Positions 15,711 through 30,140 of a DNA stretch of 64,000 bases are shown here, piece after piece. The first letter of the stretch is position 1. Each line of letters starts with the position of its first letter. This DNA comes from Paraspadella gotoi. Taxonomy: Eukaryota > Animalia > Chaetognatha. A model generated the notes under the pieces. It made no database searches. It worked only from the letters and a program-made list of their open reading frames with translations, and was not told where the DNA came from. The stretch covers positions 8,049,063 through 8,113,062 of the forward strand of contig CM119270.1 in the NCBI GenBank assembly GCA_051294375.1. Reading direction: 5' to 3'. The translations under genes were made by a program, and so were the position numbers.

Positions 15711-15952
15711 CATCTCTCTCCTTTTTAAAAAAAGGAATAATTTATTCGCGAAGTTTGAGATCAAAAAGGAGACAGGCGCCGGGATTTGAAGTGGGTCGAT
15801 GAATGGTTGGAAGGAAGTAAGACTAAATAAGCGAACGAACGAAACGANNNNNNNNNNNNNNNNNNNNNNNNNTTTATGATCTGTGTATTCCGAATCTTAA
15901 GCGCAAATTGGCGCTGAGACTAAGACGATGGATGAAGAGAGAGAGAGAGAGA

Positions 15953-16020
<68 letters not shown>

Positions 16021-17567
16021 AGGAAAAAGCCTCTGATGTTGACACTTTCGGAGATTCTCTAATTGGGAAGAAAAGAAACGGACGACGTTGATGCCAATAA
16101 CGATGACGACGACGACAACGTGATGACGACGACAACGATGCGACGACGACGAATGTAGGAATTAAGATCACCCACGAATCAATGCGTCGTCTCTTCTTGC
16201 TTTTATTAAACAACACTCATTGTCTTCGTCTCAGTCAAACAATTATGGTGGTGAGCCAGTGTGAATACCGGCACAGTGGGTATTCATATTGACATTGTTG
16301 TTTATAAAGCTTTGTTTGAAATTTTTTTTAGCATATTTTATATATTATATTTGTTTTTATTTTTTACTTTAAAAATTTTTTATTTTTTATCTCAGGTGGT
16401 TATAAGCGCTGTGACGAGTGGTGTTGTCATTTTTCATGTAGCTTGACCACCACCAATGGACGACGACGACGACGAAATGACGAGAGTTAAATAGCGCCAG
16501 GAAACGTCTGCCTCACTGAAAAAATAGTTTGTAATTTTTTTTTTTTTTTTTTTTTTTGATAAATTTCAATTAAAAATAGTAAAGTGCGGGTGATGATAAT
16601 GAAAAGGAAAAAACTACGAAAAAAATATAGACCGCATTAAAAAAAACCTTTGTACACTAACTAGCCCGCATGTACATGCTTTTTTTTAAACGTCAATCGA
16701 GTTAATCGAGTTAATGTTTTTTTAGACATTATTCTTGATCGAGAAAAGAATGATTATGATGGGTTATTTTAAAAAAATGTTTTATTCCTTAAATATTTTT
16801 TTTTAAATTAATAATTGTTAATATCATCAAAATGTTAAAATTCTTGCTATTTTGTCCAATGTAAATGTTTTTTCTTTCTTTTAATTAGTGCTGATGATTG
16901 TTAAATACTTTCAATCGAGAATAATGTCAATTTTGAAGTAATATATTTTAACATATTTTTTATTGTATGTTCTAAAAAAAACACAAAAAGTTTTCATGTT
17001 TAAAAAAAAAAACCCGGATTTACTCTTTACTGATAATAAGCTAAATAACTTGGACGGTGTTGTGAGATGAAACCTACATAAATCACCATAAATTGTTTTC
17101 CTCGATGGATCTCTGGGAGTCAAGAATAACTAACATCAAATATTTGAGAATGTATGATTCAAAATCTATTTTAAGCCTTGCCTTCAAGTGTTTGATAATT
17201 ATTACGAGAAAAAAAAAAAGAAAAAGATATATAGAGTGGAACATTTTTATCGGATCACAGAAAAAAGTACATATAAGTAGCGAGGAAGAGAGGAGCAAAA
17301 GATTGAAAAGTTCTGTTGACTTGACGGAATTGGAAGCTAAATTAAAAAAAAGCGGGAAAACATAATTTTAAAACAAATTAAAAAAACTCTTCTTCCCTAA
17401 CTTCCTACATACCCCCCCCTTGCCCCCCCAAATAAAAACGAAGAAGAAACAGAATATTTATTGTCAAATTGATTTTGTTTTTTTGTTTTGTTTTTTTACT
17501 CGAATATTCGAGAAAGAGAAGAGAGATTTTAATAATATTCTTCTCTTTCCGGCCAATTATTACTCAA

Positions 17568-17604
<37 letters not shown>

Positions 17605-18141
17605 TTCCTCTCTCCTCTCTGTCTCTCTCTCTCTCTCTCTCCCGTTTCTTTTCTCTCCCTCTCACTCTCAGCTACCAGCATAATTCAAATTTCAAAATCT
17701 TCTTCTTTCTAACTCCTGCCTCACTTTTTGGCGCCCTTCCCAAAAAAACTTCACTGGTCGGAAACAAGATTTTCTGTTTAAATAGTTGAACTTTTAGGCA
17801 ATAATTTTATGTCCACTAAAGAAACAAAGGCACTTCGTTTGGATTTACTAAGCTAAATATCACTTTAAAATATCATTTATTTATCATAATTACACTCCCT
17901 GCGCTTGAGAAAAAACCGGTTGTAGCTTCGGGTGCGGGTGACATTTTTGGAGATAACGTTGTTATAACCAGGGACCCGGATTATTAACGGATGTAGTTTT
18001 TATAAACTGATTTTTTTCAAGTTGTTTATTAATTCGTATATTTGGAGCAAAAGATAAAAAGATAACGGGAAAAAAAATAACAATTTAACAAAGCACGCTA
18101 ATTTTTAAGGTTGATATAAAATTCTGATTCTTATGCATTAA

Positions 18142-18195
18142 ATTGATGATTGATTGATGATTGATTGAATGATTGATTGATTGATTGATTAATTG

Positions 18196-18244
<49 letters not shown>
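18142..18244. repeat. (TTGA)n tetranucleotide microsatellite
   Basis: Direct reading: gattgattgattga... Confidence 0.95.
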
Positions 18245-18245
<1 letters not shown>

Positions 18246-18349
18246 CGCTCGATTTTAGTTACCAGGAAGGAAAACCACGACAGTTTGAAAACCTTGACTT
18301 ATTCTTGACGATCAACGTTCAATAGAAGCCAGTGACGAGACGACGACGA

Positions 18350-18381
<32 letters not shown>

Positions 18382-18712
18382 AAATGAATTACGACGCCGA
18401 CGACGACGTTTGAAGCGTGCGCCCTTTCGATCGGTGAAGAACCGCAGATTTTCGTCGGGCATCCGACTCCTTGACAGGACGAGGCCGAGGAAGAAGCCGA
18501 CAACGATGACGACCACGTGACCGACAAAGAAGCGACAACGATGACGACCACGTGACCGACAAAGAGGCGACGAGGCTGACGCAATTACATACGAAGGAAT
18601 AACCTTAGACCGGAGAGAGAGAGGGGGAACCTTTGAATTTTAACAAATAAAATGTTGGGGGGAGAGAAGGGCGCTGCGATAAGTCTGGCGGTCGTTTCGA
18701 AAAGAGGCACAG

Positions 18713-18795
<83 letters not shown>

Positions 18796-19208
18796 TGGAG
18801 AACCTTTTCCATCTCATTTGCATACAGCCGACTTTTTTTTCCGTCTGGCGTCTGTCTTCGTTGTCGTTGTCGTCTCGACGTCGCGTGGCAGATGCGCCAT
18901 TCGTGTCCAATGTGTGCGTAGAAGTTGGCCAGGAATTTCGTGAAAGGTTTTTCTTTTTTTACCCAGATTTTGTTGGGATAAAAATAGGTTTTTGATCCAA
19001 TTTATGTCCGATCTAAATAATATTTCATGTATAGCGCTTCTAGAGTTAATCTTTGTATTTTAATCAATCTCTATTTGCTTTTTATTTACTCCAACCATCG
19101 TAGAATCAGTACAAAGGCATTTAACGAATAAAAAGTATTTATTGTTTACCCAAAGGGGAATTAAGCCGAATCAATCTCTTCCTTTCTCCGAGAGTTTCTC
19201 TCTCTCTC

Positions 19209-19281
<73 letters not shown>

Positions 19282-19826
19282 TCACATCGAAGCCTTCCGT
19301 TCATTGTGAATTCGATTTCGAGTTGTAAATGAATCTCCGCGACGAACTGACGTCACGGCCCCTCGCCGGCAAGACACGAATCTCTAGTTTCGCGAGTTTG
19401 TTCCGCGAAATGAATTGAAATGATCGTGGACAAAAGAACAATCGGCGGATCGAATGGAAACAAACAGAAGAACAAACACTGGGAAGAAAAAAGGTCGGAA
19501 TGTAAGAAAAAAAAAGGGGGACAAATATCGTACTCACTGATTTGGCGATTAACTACCAAGTAGGGGTGTGAATTTCTTATAGAGCTTTATATTATTTTTT
19601 TCTCGTTTAACATATTTTTCTTTCATGTTCTCGTTAAATCTTTTAAAAATTAAACGTTTCTTTGATATACGTACCGTATATGTACATCACGACTGGGAAC
19701 TGACGGCAAACGCGTTTTTAAGTCTAATCTTTTCACTGGGTTTCACTTTCAATTTATTGCAAACGCCGTTCGTAGAATCGTTTCTGTTTGAGTTCAATGG
19801 ATGATTCACGATTCTCAGAGTTCCAA

Positions 19827-19916
<90 letters not shown>

Positions 19917-20433
19917 TTATCCGCGATGCGATTGGAATTTTCAACATCGAAACTGAATAAACGGACAAAATCAATCGATTCATTCAGAATATTTTATCTT
20001 TTGATGTTTCTCGTTGTTCGATGACACCTGGACTTTTAATTTTTTATGTTTTGTCCTCGTTTGCTTTTCTTTGCTTTCTTTTCTTTACATCACTTTCGCT
20101 TTTGCTTTTGCTTTACCTCTTCTCGCTTTTATTTTTTATTTCAATTTTAGTATTTTCATCCTTGTATCTTTTATCTCTATCTAACTTTGTATAAATAAAT
20201 CTTTCTATAATTTTCTCCTCTTTGCAAAAGAACACACGCAATTTAAGTCGGGGCGGATTTCGAGCGAATGGTTAATCAAAACACGAATTAAGATATTTGA
20301 CTCCGAAAGAAAAAATGTTTAAAAAAAAAAAAGAGAAAAAGAAAGAAAAAGTGAAGGACTTTAAGGGGGGATTCTTAAAATGATGGCTTTCTGTCGAGTT
20401 CGTCAATCTCAGGGCCGAATCTCTCTCTCTCTC

Positions 20434-20508
<75 letters not shown>

Positions 20509-21075
20509 CTCTCTCAATGTCGACGGTATTTTTCTAGCTTTTCTCAGCGGCCTCCTTTACTGGAAAAGAGATCTAGAATCCCATTGATCGAGATCAAGAA
20601 TAATCATTCTGGTTCACAGAGCTCACCGATCCAATCATAGATTCTATCACAGATTCTGTAAAAGACCCCACAGAAAACTAACCGAAGATATGATGAAGAA
20701 ATTAGAACAACTGTTAATCAAATGTTTATTAATTAATTGTTCATTTTTAAACCCGCGGTGTTATATAGATAAGATCTAAAGTAAAATTGCAAATATTGCA
20801 CTTTTAAAACATTCTATGGCCGAGCTGATTTGTAAAAGATTTTCATGAGACAAAAAGTTAAATATAGGAAGTAATAGTTGAAAAAAAAAAGGTATGCCAC
20901 ACTGCCACAGTGAAGAATGAAAAAAAAAACACGTTAGAGTGTTAATTAGTTAGTTATGTGTAAAAATAAGAAAAGAAAATTCAAAGAAGCAAAATTTGGA
21001 AAAAAAGTTATTAAAGTGAAAAAGAAGAAGTGAAATGGTACGAGGCAAAGTCGTCACGTCGAGTGCAAGAGTTGA

Positions 21076-21152
<77 letters not shown>

Positions 21153-21601
21153 GGTCGTTTTCACTAAAGCCAACATATGAACAAATTTTGCATAAAAATC
21201 GGTGAAATATTGCTTTAATTTTATAGTTAATTGTCCAACTATCTATCTATAACTATCATGAAACAGATAGCATGCTCGCTAAGCATAAAGTGCATAAAAG
21301 TCATCGTCTCCCAACTTAGGAGCAGTTGCTGTTTCGGACATCACGATCTTAATGAATTTAAGTTTTACTTTAACAGTAGTGTAAGCGATTGCAACGTTTC
21401 GACTTTTCTAAAGATATGATAAGTCGCATCTCTACATCGTTTTACATCCAATATCTTCACTTGACCCTTAAACCGAATCAATCAACTCGGGCAAAGCGCT
21501 CGAGGCGAAGCTTCCACGGTACAGATGTTATACCGCCGTACGAAGCGGAGAAGCTAAGAAATGTTTAGCTAAGAAGTGCGAAGAGAGAAGAGAGAGAGAG
21601 A

Positions 21602-21677
<76 letters not shown>

Positions 21678-21819
21678 GAAAAGGTCGAATTTCCGACTTA
21701 AAGAAAAAAAATATAAAGAAAAAAAAAGGAATATTATTCGCGAAGTTTGAGATCAAAAAGGAGACAGGCGCCGGGATTGAAGTGGGTCGATGAATGTTGG
21801 AAGGAAGTAAGACAAATAA

Positions 21820-22195
21820 GCGAACGAACGAAACGAATGAACGAACAGAACGAACGAACGAACGAACGAACGAACGAACGGAACGACGAACGAACGAACG
21901 AACGAACGAACGAACGAACGAACGAACGAACGAACGAACGAACGAACGAACGAACGAACGAAACGAATGAACGAACAGAACGAACGAACGAACGGAACGA
22001 ACGAACGAACGGACCGACGGACGGACGGACGGACGGACGGACGGACGGACGACGGACGGACGGACGGACGGACGAACGACGCGACGGATGGACGGTCGGA
22101 TGACGGACGGACGACGGATGGACGGACGGACGGACGGACGGACGACGGGCGGCGGACGGACAGATGGACGGACGCACGGACGGACGGATGGACGG
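21820..22195. repeat. Compound (GAAC)n to (GGAC)n tetranucleotide microsatellite
   Basis: A cgaacgaa run switches at ~22010 to cggacgga. A degraded counterpart lies at ~3460-3780. Confidence 0.95.
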
Positions 22196-22323
22196 AAGAT
22201 TGGACAAATTAGCCGAAATTTTATCTACTGAGACTAAATGAATAAATTCCTGTCTTCCATCAAGCCAATCCCATTCCTTTTAACCCTTTGAATGATTTCC
22301 TCATATTTTTAATCTCTTTCTCT

Positions 22324-22367
<44 letters not shown>

Positions 22368-22846
22368 TCTTGAATAATTCGATCTTCGGCCATCAACTAC
22401 GACGCTACGACAGCGAAGACGACGACTACAAGGACGATCCTAAAACAACAAAAATAACAAGGATCTCCAAAAAAGAAGGAATAAGCCGCGGACGCTTCTG
22501 CCGGCGTCGAAGTCACCGACGCCCAAACACGACCCCTTTCGATTAGATAACCCAGTTTTCTAGGTAAACAGAAACAAAAGACATTACAAAAGTTGATAGA
22601 ATAAAAAAAAAAAGGAAAACTCGTTGTTTAACCAATTTAACAAACTTACATACCTCCTTTGACGTCTTTTAGCATTTGTCTGAAAACTTAAAGTTTTTGT
22701 AAAGGCGAACCGAACATTATAGTGACAGTCGGACAGACCGATGCAATAATGGACGAACACAGTTGGTATGATTTAAGAACTAATGAAAGGAGGGTTTGTC
22801 GGGCTCAGTGAGGGAGCGATCGGTCAATAAATCGATCGAGGTACCC

Positions 22847-23344
22847 AATGAAGTGATGGATGGATCAATCATTGAAGTGATCGACGGACTAATCATTGAA
22901 GTGATNNNNNNNNNNNNNNNNNNNNNNNNNNNNNNNNNNNNNNNNNNNNNNNNNNNNNNNNNNNNNNNNNNNNNNNNNNNNNNNNNNNNNNNNNTAAACA
23001 TTAAAGTTATCGGTGGATCTATCATTGAAGTGATCGACTGACCAATCATTGAAGTGATAAGCAGATCAATCACTGAAGTGATCAACGGAACAATCATTGA
23101 AGTGATTGGCAGATCAATCATTTAAGTGATCGACAGACCAATCATTGAAGAGTTCGGTGAATCTATCATTGAAGTGATCGACTGACCATTCATTGAAGTG
23201 ATCGCTGGATCAATCATTGAAGTGATCGACGGACCAATCATTAAAGTGATCAGCGGATCAATCACTGAAGTGATTGACGGTTCAATCATTGAAGTGATTG
23301 GTGGATCTATCATTGAAGTGATCGACTGACCATTCATTGAAGTG
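22847..23344. repeat. 24-bp minisatellite, consensus ~AATCATTGAAGTGATCGACGGACC, interrupted by an N gap
   Basis: CATTGAA recurs at 23023, 23047, 23095, 23143, 23167, 23191, 23215 (24-nt register). Degraded copies lie at ~5190-5560 and ~25920-26410. Confidence 0.92.
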
Positions 23345-25299
23345 NNNNNNNNNNNNNNNNNNNNNNNNNACCTTCCAGCTTGAGCGTGTGAGTAAGCTGC
23401 GACTCTTGTTCTACGTAGGCCTCGATCGTCTCGCGTAATGATGCTTCATTCGTCTTCTGCTGGTTACGAGTCGTTCTCTCCGCTGCTATGCTCTCTCTAC
23501 GCTCGCCTGCTCTGCTCGCCTCTTCGCTCGTGAGAGAATCTGCTGCTACCCGGGACTGGGACATGAACTCGAAGCAGGAGCAGTCGAGGCGATGCGGAGA
23601 AGGAGAGGCGAGGAGAGGGAGGGAGAGCCCGAGCCTGGCGACGGATCCCTGTGGGTGAGTATCGCACGGGAGGCGCTAGGAGGGCTGCTCGATGGGCAGA
23701 GAGGAGCCGGAGTATCGAGATCGAGTCGACTGTCCGGCTGGAGGTCCTGGGCGAGAGGGACGGGAAGAGACGCGAAGACGATTGAGGAGGAGGGACGATG
23801 CGAAGGGCTGTCTGGGAGAGGTACGTGAGTTGGAATATATATGATGTCAGGGACCGAGAGGGAGAGAGGACGGTGGACGGAGGATCAGAGTACGCTGTCT
23901 GGGTCTCGCGAGGCGGGCAGAGAGCTCCGACGACGCGACAAAGAGGTCGGAGCGGGGGAGGGACGCGAGGCGAGCAGGGCGACAACGCGCAATTGCGACG
24001 ATCAGCTGTGACGTATTGGGACGGTTGGAGTCAGGTTCTCTGTGCAGAGTGTCAGACGATGAGGCGCGAGGGAGCGAGAGGAGAGAAAGGGCGCCGGCCC
24101 GGAGCTTGAGAGCGGGGGGAGAGCGGATGCACTTCTCTGCTTCTTCTACGTACCCTCGGTTGGTGGAGTTTTAAGGATCGTGGGCGTAATTTAAAATTAA
24201 AAATATTGGCACGTTTCTTGGGATAATGAAGCAGCTAGAAGATAATTGTCTTTTTTTAAGTGTGTTTTAAAATTAAAAAGTAATTTGTGTCGATTGTTTT
24301 ATAAACGGGCAGTAACCATATATATTTTTTTTTAATGATTTTGTTCCTTGTATTCTTTAATTCTGTGAGATTGTGGCTCTATACCAACATATTTTATCTT
24401 TTTTCTTTTCGTTTAAAGGTTATGAAGGAGAGTTCCTGTGATTACCCCAATGTTCTGTGATCCTTAAGTGGTAGTAAAAAAAAGTATACTTAATAAAGAG
24501 GAGGATTTTTTTTCGGTCTAGGCTAGTAAATCGGTTCTGATGTCCGGAGTGATTAGATTCCCTCATGTATCATTTACTTCCGAGGGCGTATGCTATTATT
24601 CTATTGTCGATTATAAAGTACATTCTATTCATATGCCGTTTTTTAGTTTTCAGTTATAAAAAATAGTTTGCTTGTTTCTATCTTCCGATCTGGTGCGGCA
24701 CAGAGGTCAAGAGAAAACAATGGAAACAGTGGTCTTTATTTCAATTTTTTTGGAAGTGGATCAAAATAAAATCTGTCAAAAAATTTTTCTCACTACCTTA
24801 TTTTTCCTTTCTCATGGATGGGACCGTCGTACCCGAACGTTGCTCAAAGTTTGCCTCAAGATGTGTGTGTTCACGCGCATTCTTCATACTTCCGAAAGCT
24901 CGGTTCGGTATACAGCGTGAGCTCGGCTTCTCCTGTGAAGTCGACCAGGAATAGAAACTATTTTTTTTTTTTATTATTATTATATATTTTTTTCCCTTAT
25001 TCTTTGGTTTTAAATTGTTCATTTTTTGTAAAAGAAAAAGACGAAGTCAAAACTAGGAAGTGGGACGGAGCTGTCTGACGGAGGTGAGATATCGTCTCGT
25101 CCGGTTCCTGCTGCTCTCGTCGAGATACAATAAGAAGAAAAAGAAGAAAAATTAGACGCAAGCATATACATAGAATTCATGTGAGCTACATGCTTTCTAT
25201 ATCCCCATCCGGTCTCGCTCTCCCTCTCTGGCTTCTCTAACTCTGGGCTCTCTCTTCTCTCTCTTCTCTCTCTCTTCTCTCGTCGCTCTCTTCTCGTAT

Positions 25300-26410
25300 T
25301 CTCTCTCTCTCTCTCTCTTCTCTATCGATTGGTTTTTCTCGCTTCGGTTCTTGAATAATTCTCGCATCTTCGGCATCAACTGACGACGCTACGACAGCGA
25401 AGACGCACGACTACTAAGGGCCCAGCGATGCTAAACAAACACAAAAATAAAACACAGAAAATATCTCCAAAAAGATAGTAATATAGCCCGCCGACGCTTC
25501 TGCCGGCTCGAGGAGCTCACAACCGACGCCCAAACACGACCCCTTTCGATTAGATAACCAGTTTCAATAAGGTAAACATGAAACAACGAAGAACATTACA
25601 AAGGATAGAATTAAAAAAAAAGGAAAATTGACATCCCCCTCGTTTAACCCCACCTAACAAACTTACATACCTCCTTGACGTCTTTTAGCATTTGTTCTGA
25701 AAACTTAAAGTTTTATGTTAATATAAGAGCAGAGTCGAATACGACACATAATAGTGACAGACGGACAAACCCGACCGTGCAATGATAGGACTCTCGAAAT
25801 CACCTCGAGAGTTGTATGATTTTAAGGAACTAATCAAAGGAGGGTTTGTCTGGGCTCCGAATAGTGAGGGAGGGCCGATCTGGCTCCCATAAAATCGATC
25901 GATAATGTTGTACCCATATCGAAGTGATGGATGGGGTAATCAATCATTGAAGTGATCGCACGGACTATTATTTGAAGTGATCGGCAGATCGATCACTGAA
26001 GGATCGTTGGACTAATCACTTTAAATGATCGGGGATTTATCATGGATAGTGATCAATGACCAATCATTGAAGTGATAGCTCAGATTCAATCACTGAAAAG
26101 TGAATCAACGAAACAATCATTGAAATTGTAGCAATCGGTCTTAGATATCAATTCATGTTAGAGTGATCAACAGAACCTATAAAACAACATATTCAATTTC
26201 ACCGCACGATGTAGGAACAAAGAATGCTTATCTTATCACCATTGTACCACACGTGATCGACTGACCACTTTTGATGTGATCGCTGGATCAATCGTTGAAA
26301 GTTTGATCGACGGACCCATTCATTAAAGTGATCAGCGGACAATCACTGAAGTGATCGAACTCGACCATTCATGAAGTGATCGTCGGACCATCAATCCATT
26401 GAGAGATGAA
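25300..26410 (+). repeat. Third, degraded copy of the ~22330-23345 segment
   Basis: ggttcttgaataatt...gacgctacgacagcgaagac and aaacacgaccc.tttcgattagataacc are shared with 22365-22555; the second block also matches ~4610-4635. Indel-rich. Confidence 0.85.
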
Positions 26411-28121
26411 GAGACCTACCGCAATCAAGAAGTGAATATTGATGGATAATGATTGTAAGAATCAAAAAAAAAGTTCTTCGTGATCAGATATGAATTTGAA
26501 TCAATACACCAAAGCAACAATACATAGCCCCCACGTTGTACAACTCCTATGGGCGCGAGAGAAGAAAACGACATTAAAACACAAAGACCCAAAATTATTC
26601 CGGTGTCAATATTATATATCACGTTCGTTTCTTACCCACGAATCGAATATACAATCAAAATCTCCTCCCTCTGCTCTGTTTAACCCGATTTCGGAAAATC
26701 TACGTTTAATACTCCCCGAGAACGAATAATAATCATAAAAAGTTTTTTTTTTTCCTTTTCTTTTTTCTCTGTACGTATCCCACCGTTGGGATTTTTTTGT
26801 TTATATATTTCTGTTTCCCCTTCCCAGTTATTGATTCCGAAGACGAAAGTATTCCACGTTCGTACATGCGATCAAAGAACTCGTACATGGCGCTCCAAGA
26901 GATACTAATGGTGCGGTGCGATCAAGAACAAAGAAGAATCCGAGCGGATCAAGATATGAGATCCGACTAGTCGTCACGTGAGCGTGAGACGGAAAAATGA
27001 TTAGGAGATGAAAAACGAAGCGGCGTTTTGACGGTCGTGGATATTGAATTATCCATTTAAACGATAGTTAAAAGTTTACCGGGTATCCCATCTTAGAAGA
27101 TGATAGGTAAGAAATAATTTTGCTGAAAATTTACTGGCACTTTTCGGAAGCCTCTGAATGTGTTCTTATTTCTATTCTTTTTCTTTTTAATCTTCTTCAA
27201 GGACCCTAGAGCGAAGTCAACCATTTACGTGTACGTCAATCTTAACTTTTCTCTTAACATTTCCTCTGATTGAAATTCTGAAGATTTTTGAATTCTGATT
27301 ACCCACACCAACGCCACTGATGGCAAATACTCCAATGTAAAAAGTGAAACAAATGAACACAATATTTGAGTGACAAAAAACATAGTATCAACATTTCCAA
27401 CAATCTTATCCGTCCCAAATTTATTGCAGCGATGGGCGGAAGCGACGACGATTAAAAAAAAAGGAACTCGGTATTAGAGATTGAGGCGGCTGTGAATAGG
27501 GTGACCGCCTCGGTTGGCACCGGCCTCGATTTTAAGGGGAGAGAGAGAATCGTTTTCGGTCCGACAGGTTACGAGCGAATCGCCATTCCGACGCCAAACT
27601 AAATTTAGAAATCAATCACGAAAGCGGGTTCATTCTAACCCCACCTCCCCTCCTCTTTTTTCTGGCTTCAATTCACGTCCCAGCTTTGAGTTTCTCGCTT
27701 GCATTTCGACCCTCACAATCTTAACTTCGTCATCTTGACTTTCAGAGCATTTTTTTTATGTATTTTTTTGTTTCAGTTTTTGACAAAATATCTTTTGGAC
27801 TTCGTTGGGCTCATAAAACTTACCTACTTTTTTGGGGATTGTGAAATAAAAAAGCAATTTTGTAATTTATGTTTTCAAATTCAAACTTTATAATTTATTT
27901 CTTATTCTCTCCTGAACTCAGTGTTTCTTTTATCAGGCGAACTGGAAGACGATCATCACATAAATGCAGTCAAAAGAGAATCACACAAAAAGAAACATTT
28001 ATCATTTAACTATTTAACTAAAAAAACAAACAAAAGCTTTAAAAAACAAACTTTTCCTAGAATTTATAAATAAAAAACAAAAAGAAACAGTGGTTCGTCG
28101 CCTCAATAGATTAGAACTCAA

Positions 28122-28180
28122 CTCACCCGCTCCTCACCCGCTCCTCACCCGCTCCTCACCCGCTCCTCACCCGCTCCTCA
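28122..28180. repeat. 11-bp tandem repeat (CTCACCCGCTC)x5
   Basis: Direct reading; degraded counterpart at ~7725-7795. Confidence 0.9.
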
Positions 28181-28511
28181 CTCCTATTTCACTCTTCAAT
28201 TTCACCGTCGCAAGAGGCGATTCATTTTTCAAAACTTACCAAGCAGCGATACAGTTTCAGAAATCCTAGGAATCACACGTATCACACGCTGAACTCACAC
28301 CTTTTGAGCTTTCACGAGCCCGACCATCAATCCATATATCCATGCTTTAAACATAACCTACTTATTTACAAATGAACAATAGTACATTCAACAAACAATC
28401 TCTTCCTAACCATTTATCTTTAAAAATTCTCTCAACTTTTTTGCCCACCTTTTATAATTTGCATCCGGCCCCTCCCCATTCGCCCCCCAGCTACCATACC
28501 TGTCCACCCCT

Positions 28512-28561
28512 CCACCTCCACCTCCACCTCCACCTCCACCTCCACCTCCACCTCCACCTCC
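28512..28561. repeat. (CCACCT)n hexanucleotide repeat
   Basis: Direct reading; counterpart at ~8150-8200. Confidence 0.9.
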
Positions 28562-29904
28562 CCGTTCCTCGGCCCCCGCGTCACAACTTTATCTTGGCAA
28601 CTGAGAGGTAATTAATGAGGAGAATTTTTAATTATCCAGACCGCACGCGTTCGTGGCTACGGTTTCGTTTGACAAATGGCGGAATCACCTGCTGAATTAA
28701 CCAACTCGGAACGGCCATGGGGAACCCCACCCCCTATCCGTCGACTTTCTCGCTCTCCACTATCGGGCGATCGTCAGAAATTTTTTACCGTGGGTCCGTG
28801 GAGGTATGATTTCAAGCCACATCATTTCACATCATTTCTTTTCGGCCTCGTTTTAATTGTTGAGCAGGCTAAGGATCATCTCAGCTATAACACGCTGAAT
28901 TGGATCCTTGTGTCAACACCTCTTCAAAAGTTTGTATCGATAAATTCCTTAAGTATCAACAACGCTTTGCAATAAAAGCAAAAATGGTACTCATCCGAAA
29001 CAAAACTTTCCCTTAAGCCCTCGAGAAAACGACAGGCGTCCATCACTCACTCGCCTTCCGCCGCCAGTCGTTCGCAAAACGAACGGCCACGAATGCTGAT
29101 GCCATTTGTTTGATTTCCTCTTTTTTTTCTCCTTTGTAATATGTCGCCGTTGGGTGAGCAGAACGGAGGGAAAGGGAAATGGGACGACGCGAAAAATGGA
29201 GATGTGGATTTTAACTTTTACTACTTTTGGAAAGTTACTTGAAAGAACTACGAAAAGGGGGAGGAGAATTTTCAAGTATTTTTTGGGTTATCATTACATC
29301 CGTAGTTATCATAAATATTAAGAGAACTTAAGATTATTTTAACATCGAAGATGGAATCAGAACCAGAAAAGAATCGGATCCACGGACTCGGATGAAATCA
29401 ACCAAGGACTCGCCGATTGGATGAATCACCATGCCGGAATGGACGCACATGAGAAGAAGGGGACATAAACTCTCGTCGTAGTCCGTCGTTCTTAGTGAAA
29501 TATAATACTGCCCATTTTTGTATTGATTCCATTCGTCTCAAATTCTCACACACTGTCTTGCTTATCTTCTTTCTGAGAATAAAATCCACTTTGGTTTCAT
29601 TGTTGAAATACTGCACTAAATTAAATTGGTTGGGCAGCCGGTAGAAACACCCAAATCACTCTGCAATGGTTCTCACAACCCAATCACCCAATCAACATGG
29701 ATTCGCACGCCAACTGTTGACGCCGTCGTCTCGCGTTTCCTGTTAATCCGGCGCAGAATGTCAAAATCAAACTTTCATTGGTTTTGGACGGAAATGAGGT
29801 TCGGCAAGCCTCGGCAAGCAGAAGGCCTCTCCGGTTCGTCTCTCTGGAAAACGATTTTTTTTTTTCGTGTTGGAACGAGGCTGGGAGCAGATGGCACTTG
29901 ATCT

Positions 29905-30140
29905 CTCTCTCTCTCAGTCTCTCCCGCTTTCTCTTTCTTTCTGTTTTGCTATTTTTCTTTCTTTCTTTCCTTTTCTTTCTTTCTTTATTTTTTTCTTTTT
30001 TTCTTTTTTTCTTTCTTTCTTTTTTCTTTCTTTCTTTTTTTCTTTCTTTTTTTCTTTCTTTCTTTCTTTCTTTTTTTCTTTTTTCTTTCTTTCTTTCTTT
30101 TTTTCTTTCTTTTTTTCTTTTTTCCTTTCTTTCTTTCCCT
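29905..30140. repeat. Polypyrimidine (TTTC)n-like low-complexity tract
   Basis: Almost pure T/C tract; counterpart at 9720-9930. Confidence 0.9.

Noticed and set aside
22847-23344. CRISPR-like look (palindromic constant core plus variable linker)
   Set aside because: The period is only 24 bp, linkers are ~10 nt and related to each other, there are no cas genes and the context is eukaryotic. It is a minisatellite.
23370-24150. GC-rich block with 78-162 aa ORFs on both strands
   Set aside because: It starts at an N gap, has degenerate GA/CT-like composition and no recognisable motifs. It is probably raw-read noise.
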